A stretch of DNA of 64,000 nt from an uncultured Desulfomicrobium sp. (GTDB lineage: Bacteria > Desulfobacterota > Desulfovibrionia > Desulfovibrionales > Desulfomicrobiaceae). The stretch lies in the NCBI GenBank assembly GCA_937872685.1, contig CALMTS010000500.1, positions 11,560-75,559 of the forward strand, written 5' to 3'. Each line of letters opens with the position of its first letter. Positions within the stretch are counted from its first letter, which is position 1. Below the pieces are notes generated by a model. The model was not told the origin of the DNA and did not search any database. It worked only from the letters and a program-made list of their open reading frames with translations. The translations under genes were made by a program, and so were the position numbers. Of the stretch, positions 17,563-27,234 are shown piece by piece.

Positions 17563-20151
17563 ATGCAACCGTTGCATGTATATACAGTCGTTCCCAAGCT
17601 TCCGGAGAAGCTTCAGCCGCTCAGGAAGCTGGCCGGCAACCTCTATTTTTCGTGGCAGCACGAGATCGAGGAGTTCTTCGCCCAGATCGACAGGGAACTG
17701 TGGGAAAAAAGCGAGCACAACCCTGTCTGGTTCCTGAACCACCTCCCCCAGAGCACCCTGGAAGAACTGGCGGAAGATGAATTCTTTCTGGACCGCCTGT
17801 CAACCATTGCGGCGGGTTTTGAAAAATACATCTCCAAGCGCGGCCCCATGACCGGTCTCGACGCCATGGAGGACGGACCCGTGGTCGCCTATTTCAGCGC
17901 CGAGTACGGCCTGGCCCAGTGCCTGCCCGTGTACTCCGGCGGCCTGGGCGTCCTGGCCGGTGACCACCTCAAATCCGCCAGCGATCTGAACATCCCGCTG
18001 GTGGGCATAGGGCTGTGCTACCAGCGCGGCTTCTTCCGCCAGTACCTGACCCACGACGGCTGGCAACAGGAACGCTATCAGCCCAACGATTTCGAACAGA
18101 TGCCCCTGTCCCCGGTGCTCGACTCCGACGGAGTCCCCCTCAAGGTGCGCATTTTCATGCAGGGCAAGCCCCTCTTTTTCTGCATCTGGCGTGTCGATGT
18201 GGGCCGCGTGCCTCTTTTTCTCATGGACACCAACATCGCCGACAACCCCCCCGAGCGCAGGGAGCTGACCTCCCAGCTCTATGGAGGGGATCTGGAGATG
18301 CGGCTCATGCAGGAGTTCCTGCTCGGCATCGGCGGTGTCAAGGCCCTGGGCGCCATGGGACTCTCGCCGCGGGTCATTCACATGAACGAGGGGCATTCGG
18401 CTTTCGCCGGGCTTGAACGGATCCGCGCCCTGATGCACGACAAGCATCTGTCCTTCGAAGCGGCCCTGGAAGTGGTGGCCCAGAGTTCGGTCTTCACCAC
18501 TCACACCCCCGTCCCGGCGGGCAACGACCGCTTTCCTCCGGATCTCATGGCCAGATATTTCGAGGAGTACGCGCGGGATCTGGGCCTGTCCTGGAAGGTC
18601 TTCCTGGCCCTGGGCCGGGAGGACACGCGCAACGACGCCGAACATTTCTGCATGACGATCCTGGCCCTGCGCCTGTCCCGTTTCAACAACGGCGTCAGCC
18701 GCCTGCACGGCAAGGTCTCGCGCAGGATGTGGGCCAAGGTGTGGCCTCAGTACCCGGAAGAGGACGTGCCCATCGGCTGGGTCACCAACGGCATTCATTT
18801 CCCGACCTGGGTGGCCCCGGAAATGTCCGTGCTTTTCGACCGCTTTCTCGGCCAGTCATGGCGCGAGGATCCGGACTGCGAGCGTGTGGGCGAAAAATTC
18901 GGGACCATCCCCGACATCGAGCTCTGGCGCACCCACGAACGCCTGCGCGAGCGCCTCGTGGACTTCGTCCGGCGCAGGCTGCAGCAGCAGATCATGTCCC
19001 GCGGCGGACGGAGCTGGGAGCTCGAAGTGGCCGACAACGTCCTGAACCCCGAGGCTCTGACCATCGGCTTCGCCCGACGCTTCGCCTCCTACAAGCGGGC
19101 GTACCTGCTCCTCAAGGACGACGACCGCCTGAAGCGCCTCATCATGGACCCCGCGCGGCCCGTGCAGTTCATCTTCGCAGGCAAGGCGCACCCCCGCGAC
19201 AACGAGGGCAAGAAGATCATCCAGGAGCTCGTCAGCCTCTGCCAGTCCAAGGAGAGCCGCTCGTCCATGGTCTTCATCGAGGACTACGACATGCAGGTGG
19301 CGCGGTATCTGGTCCAGGGCTGCGACGTGTGGCTCAACAACCCCCGCCGCCCCCTGGAGGCGTGCGGCACCAGCGGCATGAAGGCCATGGCCAACGGCAT
19401 CCTCAACCTGAGCACCCTGGACGGGTGGTGGGACGAGGCCTGGAAGGCCGACAACAGCGTAGGCTGGGCCATCGGCAACGCCGAGGAATACGACGACGTG
19501 GAATACCAGGACTTCGTGGAGAGCCAGACCCTCTACAATATTCTGGAAAAGGACGTCATTCCGCTTTTTTATGACCGCACGCAGGGTTCCTTCCCGCGGC
19601 GCTGGGTGCAGAAGATGAAACTGGCCCTCAAATACCTGGGACCGGTCTTCAACGGCCACCGCATGGTCGAGGAGTACACGAAGAGGGCCTATCTGCCGTC
19701 GAGCATCAGCTACGGCAAGCTCTCGGCCGACAGCTACCGTCCGGCCATGGAGCTGGCCGAGTGGCGCATGAACCTCCTCACGCACTGGGGAAACCTCGGC
19801 ATCCGCAACGTGCAGTGCAATACTGCCCATGAGATGTTCGTCGGCGAAAGCCTGGGCGTCAGCGCCGAGGTCCGGGTCGAAGGGCTGGGCATCGAGGACA
19901 TCAGGGTGGAGATCTACACCGGCCCCCTGGATCACACGGGCGGGTTCGCCAGCCGCTCCACCTATCCCATGAGCCCGGTGGAACGCACCGTGGACGGCTG
20001 GTATGTCTACAGCGGCAAGGCCATGCCCATGGCCACGGGCAAGTTCGGTTTCACCGTGCGCATCCTGCCCAACCATGCGCTGCTGCGTGACGCCCACAGC
20101 CTGGGGCTCATCTTCTGGGCCGACGAGCAGACGTCGCAGCCTCAAGGATAG
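17563..20151 (+). CDS. glgP: Alpha-glucan (glycogen/maltodextrin) phosphorylase
   Basis: YSGGLGVLAGD, MNEGH, ARRFASYKR, EACGTSGMK (PLP Lys). Confidence 0.95.
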   Translation: MQPLHVYTVVPKLPEKLQPLRKLAGNLYFSWQHEIEEFFAQIDRELWEKSEHNPVWFLNHLPQSTLEELAEDEFFLDRLSTIAAGFEKYISKRGPMTGLDAMEDGPVVAYFSAEYGLAQCLPVYSGGLGVLAGDHLKSASDLNIPLVGIGLCYQRGFFRQYLTHDGWQQERYQPNDFEQMPLSPVLDSDGVPLKVRIFMQGKPLFFCIWRVDVGRVPLFLMDTNIADNPPERRELTSQLYGGDLEMRLMQEFLLGIGGVKALGAMGLSPRVIHMNEGHSAFAGLERIRALMHDKHLSFEAALEVVAQSSVFTTHTPVPAGNDRFPPDLMARYFEEYARDLGLSWKVFLALGREDTRNDAEHFCMTILALRLSRFNNGVSRLHGKVSRRMWAKVWPQYPEEDVPIGWVTNGIHFPTWVAPEMSVLFDRFLGQSWREDPDCERVGEKFGTIPDIELWRTHERLRERLVDFVRRRLQQQIMSRGGRSWELEVADNVLNPEALTIGFARRFASYKRAYLLLKDDDRLKRLIMDPARPVQFIFAGKAHPRDNEGKKIIQELVSLCQSKESRSSMVFIEDYDMQVARYLVQGCDVWLNNPRRPLEACGTSGMKAMANGILNLSTLDGWWDEAWKADNSVGWAIGNAEEYDDVEYQDFVESQTLYNILEKDVIPLFYDRTQGSFPRRWVQKMKLALKYLGPVFNGHRMVEEYTKRAYLPSSISYGKLSADSYRPAMELAEWRMNLLTHWGNLGIRNVQCNTAHEMFVGESLGVSAEVRVEGLGIEDIRVEIYTGPLDHTGGFASRSTYPMSPVERTVDGWYVYSGKAMPMATGKFGFTVRILPNHALLRDAHSLGLIFWADEQTSQPQG

Positions 20152-20156
20152 GCGCG

Positions 20157-20903
20157 ATGGGCAAGAACGTGGAACGGGCCGACGTGGTTCTGGCCGGGCA
20201 GGGTCTGGCGGAGAGCCGCGAGAAGGCCAAACGACTGATCATGGCGGGGCAGGTGTACCTGGTCCAGGGCGCGGCCAGGACCCTGGTGGCCAAGCCCGGG
20301 CAGCAGGTTGCCACCACGGCCTGCCTGGAACTCAAGGAGGCCGAGCGTTTCGTGTCCCGGGGCGGCTACAAGCTGCTCACGGCACTGGAACATTTCGGCC
20401 TGGATGTGACCGGCATGACGGCCCTGGACGCCGGAGCCTCCACGGGCGGCTTTACTGACTGCCTGCTGCAGTTCGGCGCTTCCAGGGTCTATGCCGTGGA
20501 CGTCGGGCACGGCCAGTTGCACTGGAAGCTGGTCACCGACCCGCGCGTGGTCAACCTGGAGCGGGTCAACCTGCGCCATGCCGCACCCGACCTGCTGCCC
20601 GAGAAGGTGGACCTGGTCGTGGCCGACTGCTCCTTCATCTCCCTGCGGCTCATCCTTCCCCCGTGTATGCAGTTCCTCAAGGAGGGCGGGCAGATTCTGG
20701 CCCTGGTCAAACCCCAGTTCGAACTGGGCCCCGAACATGCGGTCAAGGGCGTGGTCCGCTCCGGGGAGCTGCAGTTGCAGGCCGTGGCCCAGGTGCAGGA
20801 TTTCGCCCGCGACGAGCTTGGCCTGACCCCGCTAGGAGTGGTCGCGGCCGGCATCAAGGGCCCCAAGGGCAACCAGGAGTACCTGCTCCATCTGAGGCGC
20901 TGA
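20157..20903 (+). CDS. tlyA: TlyA family rRNA 2'-O-methyltransferase
   Basis: S4 domain, FVSRGGYKL, DAGASTGGFTD, LVKPQFE, GPKGNQEY. Confidence 0.92.
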   Translation: MGKNVERADVVLAGQGLAESREKAKRLIMAGQVYLVQGAARTLVAKPGQQVATTACLELKEAERFVSRGGYKLLTALEHFGLDVTGMTALDAGASTGGFTDCLLQFGASRVYAVDVGHGQLHWKLVTDPRVVNLERVNLRHAAPDLLPEKVDLVVADCSFISLRLILPPCMQFLKEGGQILALVKPQFELGPEHAVKGVVRSGELQLQAVAQVQDFARDELGLTPLGVVAAGIKGPKGNQEYLLHLRR

Positions 20904-20976
20904 GCGCGGCTTTGCCAATGCGGGCCGTTCCGGGTAGAACCCGCGTTCACCAGTCAACCTCAACCCACATTCACCC

Positions 20977-21582
20977 ATGCCCGACAGATTTTTGACCGAA
21001 GGCCGCAAAGAGCGCCTCAAATCCGTGCTGGAAAAGCGCCAGCATGACCTGACCCTGGTCCTCAACAACATCCACGACCCCCACAACGTGTCCGCCATTC
21101 TGCGCAGCTGCGACGCCTTCGGCGTGTTCGGCGTGCACCTCTATTATACCAAGGAGCGCTTTCCCGCCCTGGCCAACAGCTCCTCGGGCTCGGCCAAGAA
21201 GTGGGTCGAGCTGACCCGGCACCGCGAGGCCGGGGCCATGGTCGAAGGGCTGCGGGCCAGGGGCATGCAGATCGTCGGCACGGGCTTCAGCCCCACGGCG
21301 CGGCCCATCATGGACGTCGATTTCACCAAACCCACGGCCATCATCCTCGGCAACGAGCACCGCGGCATGGACCCCGACGTCAAGGCCCATGTGCCCGACG
21401 AGATGTACATCCCCATGTTCGGCATGGTGCAGAGCCTGAACGTGTCCGTGGCCGCGGCGACCATCCTTTACGAGGCCATGCGCCAGCGCCGGGCCGCCGG
21501 CATGTACGAGCAAAGCTCCCTGGACGCCGGGCGGTTCGGGGACATATACGCGGACTGGTGCAAGCGCGGCAAAGACTATTAG
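20977..21582 (+). CDS. trmH: tRNA (guanosine-18-2'-O)-methyltransferase, SPOUT family
   Basis: DPHNVSAILRSCDAFG, GNEHRG, GMVQSLNVSVA. Confidence 0.88.
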   Translation: MPDRFLTEGRKERLKSVLEKRQHDLTLVLNNIHDPHNVSAILRSCDAFGVFGVHLYYTKERFPALANSSSGSAKKWVELTRHREAGAMVEGLRARGMQIVGTGFSPTARPIMDVDFTKPTAIILGNEHRGMDPDVKAHVPDEMYIPMFGMVQSLNVSVAAATILYEAMRQRRAAGMYEQSSLDAGRFGDIYADWCKRGKDY

Positions 21583-21607
21583 ACGGGGCCACGCCCCGGG
21601 AGAGCAT

Positions 21608-22672
21608 ATGGCGGGAAACACTTTCGGCACCATCTTCCGTTTGACGACTTTCGGCGAATCCCACGGCCCGGCCCTGGGAGGGGTGGTGGACGGCTGCCCT
21701 GCGGGCATCGTCCTGGACGAAGCGGTCATCCAGACGGAACTCGACAGGCGCAGGCCCGGCCAGGGCGGCCTCGCCGTCACGGCGCGCAGGGAGCCCGACT
21801 GCGTGAGGCTCCTTTCGGGCGTGTTCGAGGGCCGGACCACGGGGACGCCCATCGGCTTCATCGTTGAAAACACCGATCAGCGTTCCCGCGACTACGGCGA
21901 GATCAAGGACGTCTTTCGCCCCGGTCACGGGGATATGAGCTACCAGGCCAAGTACGGCGTGCGGGATTACCGCGGCGGCGGGCGGTCCTCGGGGCGCGAG
22001 ACCGTGTCGAGGGTGGCCGGGGGGGCCGTGGCCGGCGCATTCCTGGACACGCAGGGCATTCGCGTCCTGGCCGGGACCGTGGAGCTTGGCGGTATCGCCG
22101 CGGAGCGGACCGATCTGGCCGGAGCGGACGGGCGCCCCTTTTTCGCGGCCGATGCGGGCGCCGTCGCCCTTTGGGAGGAGCGCGTCCGGGAGATCGCGGG
22201 CCGGGGGGACACCCTCGGGGGCGTCGTCGAGATTCGGGCCACGGGCGTGCCCGCGGGCCTGGGAGAGCCGGTTTTCGACAAGCTCGACGCCAGGCTCGCC
22301 GCGGCCCTCATGAGCGTGGGGGCGGTCAAGGGCGTTGAGATCGGGGCCGGTTTCGCGGCCGCACGGATGCTCGGCAGCCAAAATAACGACCCCATGGGGA
22401 CCTCTGGTTTCGACTCCAACAACGCCGGCGGGGTCCTCGCCGGGATATCGAGCGGTCAGGAAATCGTGCTGCGCGCAGCCGTCAAGCCCATTCCGTCCAT
22501 CTCGCAGGAACAGCGCACCGTGGACCGCCACGGCGCCGCGCGGACCATACGCGTGGGCGGCCGCCACGACATCTGCGCCATCCCGCGAGTGGTCCCGGTG
22601 CTGGCCGCCATGGTCCGTCTGGCGTTGGCCGACATGGTTCTGCTGCAGCGGCGCATGGGGCAGGGCGGATGA
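21608..22672 (+). CDS. aroC: Chorismate synthase
   Basis: TTFGESHG, RPGHGD, RSSGRET, SNNAGGVLAGISSG, GRHD. Confidence 0.96.
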   Translation: MAGNTFGTIFRLTTFGESHGPALGGVVDGCPAGIVLDEAVIQTELDRRRPGQGGLAVTARREPDCVRLLSGVFEGRTTGTPIGFIVENTDQRSRDYGEIKDVFRPGHGDMSYQAKYGVRDYRGGGRSSGRETVSRVAGGAVAGAFLDTQGIRVLAGTVELGGIAAERTDLAGADGRPFFAADAGAVALWEERVREIAGRGDTLGGVVEIRATGVPAGLGEPVFDKLDARLAAALMSVGAVKGVEIGAGFAAARMLGSQNNDPMGTSGFDSNNAGGVLAGISSGQEIVLRAAVKPIPSISQEQRTVDRHGAARTIRVGGRHDICAIPRVVPVLAAMVRLALADMVLLQRRMGQGG

Positions 22673-23457
22673 GCGTGCCCCTGGGCTTTGTCCTGAAGAA
22701 GGCCCTGGGTCTGGCCTTCATGCCGCTTACGGTCTGTCTGCTGCTTTTCGCCCTGGGTCTGGCCTACACGCTGCTGCGCAGGTCCAGGGAAGCCCTGGCC
22801 CCCTTTGTCATCGGGGCCGTCCTTTTGTACGCGATATCCCTCAACACCGTCTCATCTTCTCTCATCCGGCCCCTGGAGCGCGCCTACCCCGCGTTGGACC
22901 TGTCCAGCCGGGAGTTGGCCGGCAAACCCGTGAAGTGGGTGGTCGTCCTGGGGTCCGGGCACTGGACCGACCCAGCCCTGCCTCCCGGCGCCAGACTGGA
23001 CGAGGACGCCCTCTACCGCCTGACCGAAGGCATTCGCGTGGCCGGGCGTTTTCCCGACGCGGTCCTTGTCCTCTCCGGCGGGAAATACCTTGACGCGCAG
23101 AGCAACGCCCAGGCCCTGGCCGCGGCCGCCGTGGACCTGGGCTTTGATCCGGGGCGCATCGTCCTGTCCGACAAGGCCCTCGACACCCATGACGAGGCCG
23201 TGCATGTCAAGAAAATGATCGGCGCCGACGCCTTTGTCCTGGTCACCACGGCCTCGCACATGCTGCGCGCGGTGAAGCTCTTCGAGCGCGAGGGCCTCGC
23301 ACCCATCCCCGCCCCGGCCTGTTACCGCGACAAGGGCGGACCCGAATATTTCCTGCCCTTTGCCGATAACATCAAGACCTGCCACCTGGCCGTGCACGAG
23401 TATCTCGGGCTGGCCTGGGCCTTTGTGCGCGGGCAGGTATCCTTCGACTCGCCGTGA
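22669..23457 (+). CDS. ElyC/YdcF family (DUF218) envelope protein
   Basis: Two N-terminal TMs, VVLGSG, SGG, DTHDEA, LVTTASHMLRA. ATGA overlap with aroC. Confidence 0.82.
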   Translation: MSVPLGFVLKKALGLAFMPLTVCLLLFALGLAYTLLRRSREALAPFVIGAVLLYAISLNTVSSSLIRPLERAYPALDLSSRELAGKPVKWVVVLGSGHWTDPALPPGARLDEDALYRLTEGIRVAGRFPDAVLVLSGGKYLDAQSNAQALAAAAVDLGFDPGRIVLSDKALDTHDEAVHVKKMIGADAFVLVTTASHMLRAVKLFEREGLAPIPAPACYRDKGGPEYFLPFADNIKTCHLAVHEYLGLAWAFVRGQVSFDSP

Positions 23458-24338
23458 TCGACATCCTGCCCACTCTGGCCCTGTGTTCCGCCAAGGACAA
23501 CCCCGACAAGGCCACCCTCAGGACCTGGTCTCTGGTCCTTTCCAGCCGCCGCTTTCTGAACCGCGCCGACGCCGGCCGCCTCCTGGTGGCCCCGGCCCTG
23601 GCGCATCTCGCCGTCAAGGAGATTCTGGCCTACGAGGCGGAGAACCGGCCGCGCTCCCTGGCCATCCCCCTGCCGGACAATTCATGGGTGTCGCTGCTGG
23701 TCGTGGGGCTCTTTCTGGCCGCGACCATGTGGCTCGACAGCCGGGGGCTCGGCCTCAGCCTGACTTGGCACATGGCGGGCCGGGCCGACGCGGGGCTGAT
23801 CCTGGGCGGGGAGTGGTGGAGGTGCGTGACGGCCCTCTTTCTCCACGCCGACGCCGGGCATTTGCTGGCCAACGCCGCAGCCCTGGCCGTGCTGGCCTCC
23901 ATCCTGGGCCGGCGCATCGGCTCGGGGCTCACCTGGGGATTTTTTCTGCTCGCCGGGGGCCTTGGCAACGCCGTGAACGCCTGGGTGCAGGCGCCGGACC
24001 ACCTGAGCATCGGGGCCTCCACAGGCGTCTTCGGCCTCATCGGGGTGCTGGCCGGCGGGGCTGGACGGATGCAGCGCGGAACGCGCACGCAGGTCCTGCT
24101 GCTGGCCATGGGGTTCGGGTTCAGCCTGCTGGCCATGCTCGGCGCAGGCGAGGAGAGGGTGGATCTGGGGGCACACCTCTTCGGCCTGCTCTGCGGTCTG
24201 CCCCTGGGCCTGATGGTCGGGGGCTGGCACGGGGTTTACGGCTGGAAAACCTGGGTCAATGTCCTGGCGGGAGCGGGGGGGGCGGTGGTGACGTTCTGGG
24301 CCTGGAGTCTGGCCCTGGCGGGTCCGGGCGGAATCTGA
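23454..24338 (+). CDS. Rhomboid family intramembrane serine protease
   Basis: WWR, HLLAN, GASTG (Ser), HLFG (His). GTG start overlapping the upstream stop. Confidence 0.88.
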   Translation: MIDILPTLALCSAKDNPDKATLRTWSLVLSSRRFLNRADAGRLLVAPALAHLAVKEILAYEAENRPRSLAIPLPDNSWVSLLVVGLFLAATMWLDSRGLGLSLTWHMAGRADAGLILGGEWWRCVTALFLHADAGHLLANAAALAVLASILGRRIGSGLTWGFFLLAGGLGNAVNAWVQAPDHLSIGASTGVFGLIGVLAGGAGRMQRGTRTQVLLLAMGFGFSLLAMLGAGEERVDLGAHLFGLLCGLPLGLMVGGWHGVYGWKTWVNVLAGAGGAVVTFWAWSLALAGPGGI

Positions 24339-24387
24339 ACAGGAGGCGCGAGGAGCTCAGCCCCCCGCGCTCCATCGGCGGAACGGG

Positions 24388-24753
24388 CTAGAACTGCCCT
24401 GTCCTGAGCATGACCAGGGTGCAGGCGTGCTGCCACGGAATGCCTGCATCGCTGAGGGCCTGTTCCAGGTCCGGGGATTCCGTGCCCGGGTTGAGGATGA
24501 CCCGCCCGGGTTTCAGGGCCAGGATGGCCTCCTGAAGCTGGGCGCTGCGTTCGGGCCCCACGTACATGGTCAGGGTGTCGATCCGGCCTTCGATGCTTCC
24601 CAGGTCCGGAACCACGGGCAGGTCCTCGATGACCTTGCGCCCCGGGGTTACCGGAACGACCGTGTGGCCGTACTCCTTGAGCATGCGCACGGCCTGGTTG
24701 GAGTAGCGTTCCGGCTTGTGGCTCGCGCCGAGCACGGCGACTCTCTCGCCCAC
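24388..24753 (-). CDS. CoA-binding domain protein (YccU-like)
   Basis: VAVLGASHKPERYS, NPGTE, ACTLV. GTG start 2 nt after grpE. Confidence 0.85.
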   Translation of the reverse strand: MGERVAVLGASHKPERYSNQAVRMLKEYGHTVVPVTPGRKVIEDLPVVPDLGSIEGRIDTLTMYVGPERSAQLQEAILALKPGRVILNPGTESPDLEQALSDAGIPWQHACTLVMLRTGQF

Positions 24754-24755
24754 GG

Positions 24756-25301
24756 CTATGCCCCCGCCTTGCGGCTGACCATGACCTTGGCCGGACGCAA
24801 CAACCTGTCCTTGAGCATGTATCCCTTCTGCAGCATCTGGCAGACCGTGTTCTCTTCCACGTCATCGCGTTCGACCTGTCCCAGGGCCTCGTGCCGGGCC
24901 GGGTCGAAGGGCACGTCCACGGCGGCGATCTGCTCCAGACCGTGGCGCTTCATGGTGTCGAGGAAGATGTTCATGGTCATCTCCACGCCCATGACCAGGT
25001 CCTTGCAGGCGTCGGCCTGCCTGCCGTGGGCCAGGGCCAGGTCGAGGTTGTCCATGACCGGGATGATCTCCTCCAGGATGGAGGACGTGGCGAACTTGAA
25101 AAATTCGTCCTTTTCGCGCGTAAGGCGCTTCCTGAAGTTCTCGCTGTCGGCCAGGACGCGCAGATTCTCTTTTTTGAGCTCTTCCACCTCGGCCAGGGCC
25201 TGGGCGTATTTCTCTTCCAGGGTGGGCTCCTGGGTTTCTTCGGCGGGCGTTTCGGCCAGAACTTCCTCGGGGACTGGGCCCTCGCTTTCCTTCTTGGACA
25301 T
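24756..25301 (-). CDS. grpE: Nucleotide exchange factor GrpE
   Basis: ADSENFRKR, FDPARHEA, QKGYMLKDRLLRPAKV. AGGAG SD before ATG 25301. Confidence 0.95.
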   Translation of the reverse strand: MSKKESEGPVPEEVLAETPAEETQEPTLEEKYAQALAEVEELKKENLRVLADSENFRKRLTREKDEFFKFATSSILEEIIPVMDNLDLALAHGRQADACKDLVMGVEMTMNIFLDTMKRHGLEQIAAVDVPFDPARHEALGQVERDDVEENTVCQMLQKGYMLKDRLLRPAKVMVSRKAGA

Positions 25302-25351
25302 GAAAAACTCCTGATCCTTGAAATATTTGAGTAATCGTTTCACGAAGTTCC

Positions 25352-26374
25352 CTAGGAACGGGATTTGAGGCACTGACTAAGTATTTGAGCGGCAAAGTCA
25401 ACCATGGGCACGATGCGGGCGTAGTTCATGCGCACCGGCCCGAGCACCGCCAGGGCGCCCTGGGTGCTGGAAAAGGCGCTGTAGGGCGAGGCCACCAGGG
25501 AGCAGGCGGAGAGGCCCGGCATGTCCTCGGCCAGGTTGACGGAAACGGACTTGCCCGCCGAGGTCTTGTCGAGGAGTTCCAGCAGGCGTGAACGCTCCTC
25601 GATGAGCCGGAGCAGTTCCTGGATGGTCTCCAGTTCCGTGAATTCGGGCTGATCCGCGAGATGGCTGGCGCCGCCGACAAAGACTTCGGGCAGGTCCTCG
25701 TCGGCCAGGGCCTGTGCGGCCAGTTCCCAGGCCCGCCGGTAGGCGTCCAGGGTCTTGCGGGCGCTCAGGAGCTGCCGTTCGATCTCGCCGCGCACCTCCT
25801 GGGTGGTGCGGCCCTCGAAGAGGCTGTTGAGATAGTTGCCGTAACGCACGAGGTCGTCGGCGTTGAGGTTTTCGTCCATCTGCACCATGCGGTTGCTGAC
25901 CAGCCCGCCCTGCATGACCAGCACTGCCAGGATCATGCCCGGCCGAAGCAGGACGAAATCGATCTGCCGCCATCTCGCCAGGTTCTGGCGCGGCGCCATG
26001 ACCACGCAGACCTGGCGGGTCAGGGAGGAGAGGGTCCTGGCGGCGCGACGCAGCACCTGGGGCAGTTCGCCCTCTCCGGGCAGGATGTGCTCGTGCAGCC
26101 TGGACTGCTCCCGGCGCGACAGGGGGGAAAGCTTGAAGACCTGGTCCAGGTAATAGCGGAAGCCCTGGACGGTGGGGATGCGCCCGGCCGAGGTGTGCGG
26201 CTGGTGCAGGAAACCCTTTTCGGTCAGGGCGGCCATGGTCGAGCGCAGCGATGCGGGGCTCAGGCCCAGTCCGTGCCCGGCGGCCAGGGCCTGGGACGAA
26301 ACCGGCAGGGCGGTTTCGACGTAGGTCTCGATGACCGCGGCGAGGACATCGGTTTCGCGTTTGCCGAGCATCAT
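25352..26374 (-). CDS. hrcA: Heat-inducible transcription repressor HrcA
   Basis: SPASLR, QPHTSAGRIPT, GYRYY-like GFRYY, VLGPVRMNY. ATGA overlap with the rfbD stop. Confidence 0.92.
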   Translation of the reverse strand: MMLGKRETDVLAAVIETYVETALPVSSQALAAGHGLGLSPASLRSTMAALTEKGFLHQPHTSAGRIPTVQGFRYYLDQVFKLSPLSRREQSRLHEHILPGEGELPQVLRRAARTLSSLTRQVCVVMAPRQNLARWRQIDFVLLRPGMILAVLVMQGGLVSNRMVQMDENLNADDLVRYGNYLNSLFEGRTTQEVRGEIERQLLSARKTLDAYRRAWELAAQALADEDLPEVFVGGASHLADQPEFTELETIQELLRLIEERSRLLELLDKTSAGKSVSVNLAEDMPGLSACSLVASPYSAFSSTQGALAVLGPVRMNYARIVPMVDFAAQILSQCLKSRS

Positions 26375-27234
26375 GACAGGCAATCTTCCCGGGAAAAGAG
26401 GAATTCGCGCAGGGCCTGCAGCCACGGGCGCGGGGTGATGCCCGTGACGGCCGTGAACCTGGACAGGTCCAGCACCGAATAGGGCGGGCGGCAGGCCTTC
26501 TGGGGGTATTCGCAGGAGTGGATGGGCTTGATCCGGCAGTGCCGGTCGGCCACGCGCACGGCTTCGGCGGCAAGTTCGCACCAACTGGCCTGGCCGGAGT
26601 TGGCCAAATGGAAGATGCCTGTGGCCCCTTTGTCCAAGAGGGCCAGGGTGTTGGCGGCCAGGTCCGGAGTGTAGCTGGGGCTGCCGACCTGGTCATCGAC
26701 CACGGACAGTTCGGGCCGGTTTTCGGCCAGTTCGAGGATGCGGGTCACGAAATTCGTCCTGCACGGGCCGAAGAGCCAGGACGTGCGGATGATCAGCAGG
26801 CCGGGAAGGTCCAGGGCCTGCAGTTCGCGTTCGCCCTGCAGTTTTGTCCGGCCGTAGACCGAGCGGGGGTCGGGCTGGTCCTCGGTGGTGTATGGGGCGG
26901 CTTTTTTGCCGTTGAAGACGAAGTCCGTGCTGTAGTGCACCAGGGTTACGCCCGCCGTGCGTGCCGCCTGCCCCAGGAGCAGCGGGAGCTGGCGGTTCAG
27001 CCGCGCGGCTTCGGCCGGTTCGTCCTCGGCCTGGTCGACCTTGGTGTAGGCCACGGTGTTGAACAGGACCTCGGCCCCGGTCCGGCGGAGAAAGGCTTCC
27101 ACGGCAGGGCGGTCGAAGATGTCGAGGTCCTCGCGGCCCAGGGCGTGGACGTTCCAGCCATTGCGGGTCATGGCCAGGCTCAGGGCCTGCCCCAGGAGCC
27201 CGGTCTTGCCGCCCAGGATGACGGCGCTCTTCAT
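26371..27234 (-). CDS. rfbD: dTDP-4-dehydrorhamnose reductase
   Basis: GxxGxLG, AYTKVDQAE, STDFVF, YGRTK, DDQVGSP. Confidence 0.92.
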   Translation of the reverse strand: MKSAVILGGKTGLLGQALSLAMTRNGWNVHALGREDLDIFDRPAVEAFLRRTGAEVLFNTVAYTKVDQAEDEPAEAARLNRQLPLLLGQAARTAGVTLVHYSTDFVFNGKKAAPYTTEDQPDPRSVYGRTKLQGERELQALDLPGLLIIRTSWLFGPCRTNFVTRILELAENRPELSVVDDQVGSPSYTPDLAANTLALLDKGATGIFHLANSGQASWCELAAEAVRVADRHCRIKPIHSCEYPQKACRPPYSVLDLSRFTAVTGITPRPWLQALREFLFSREDCLS

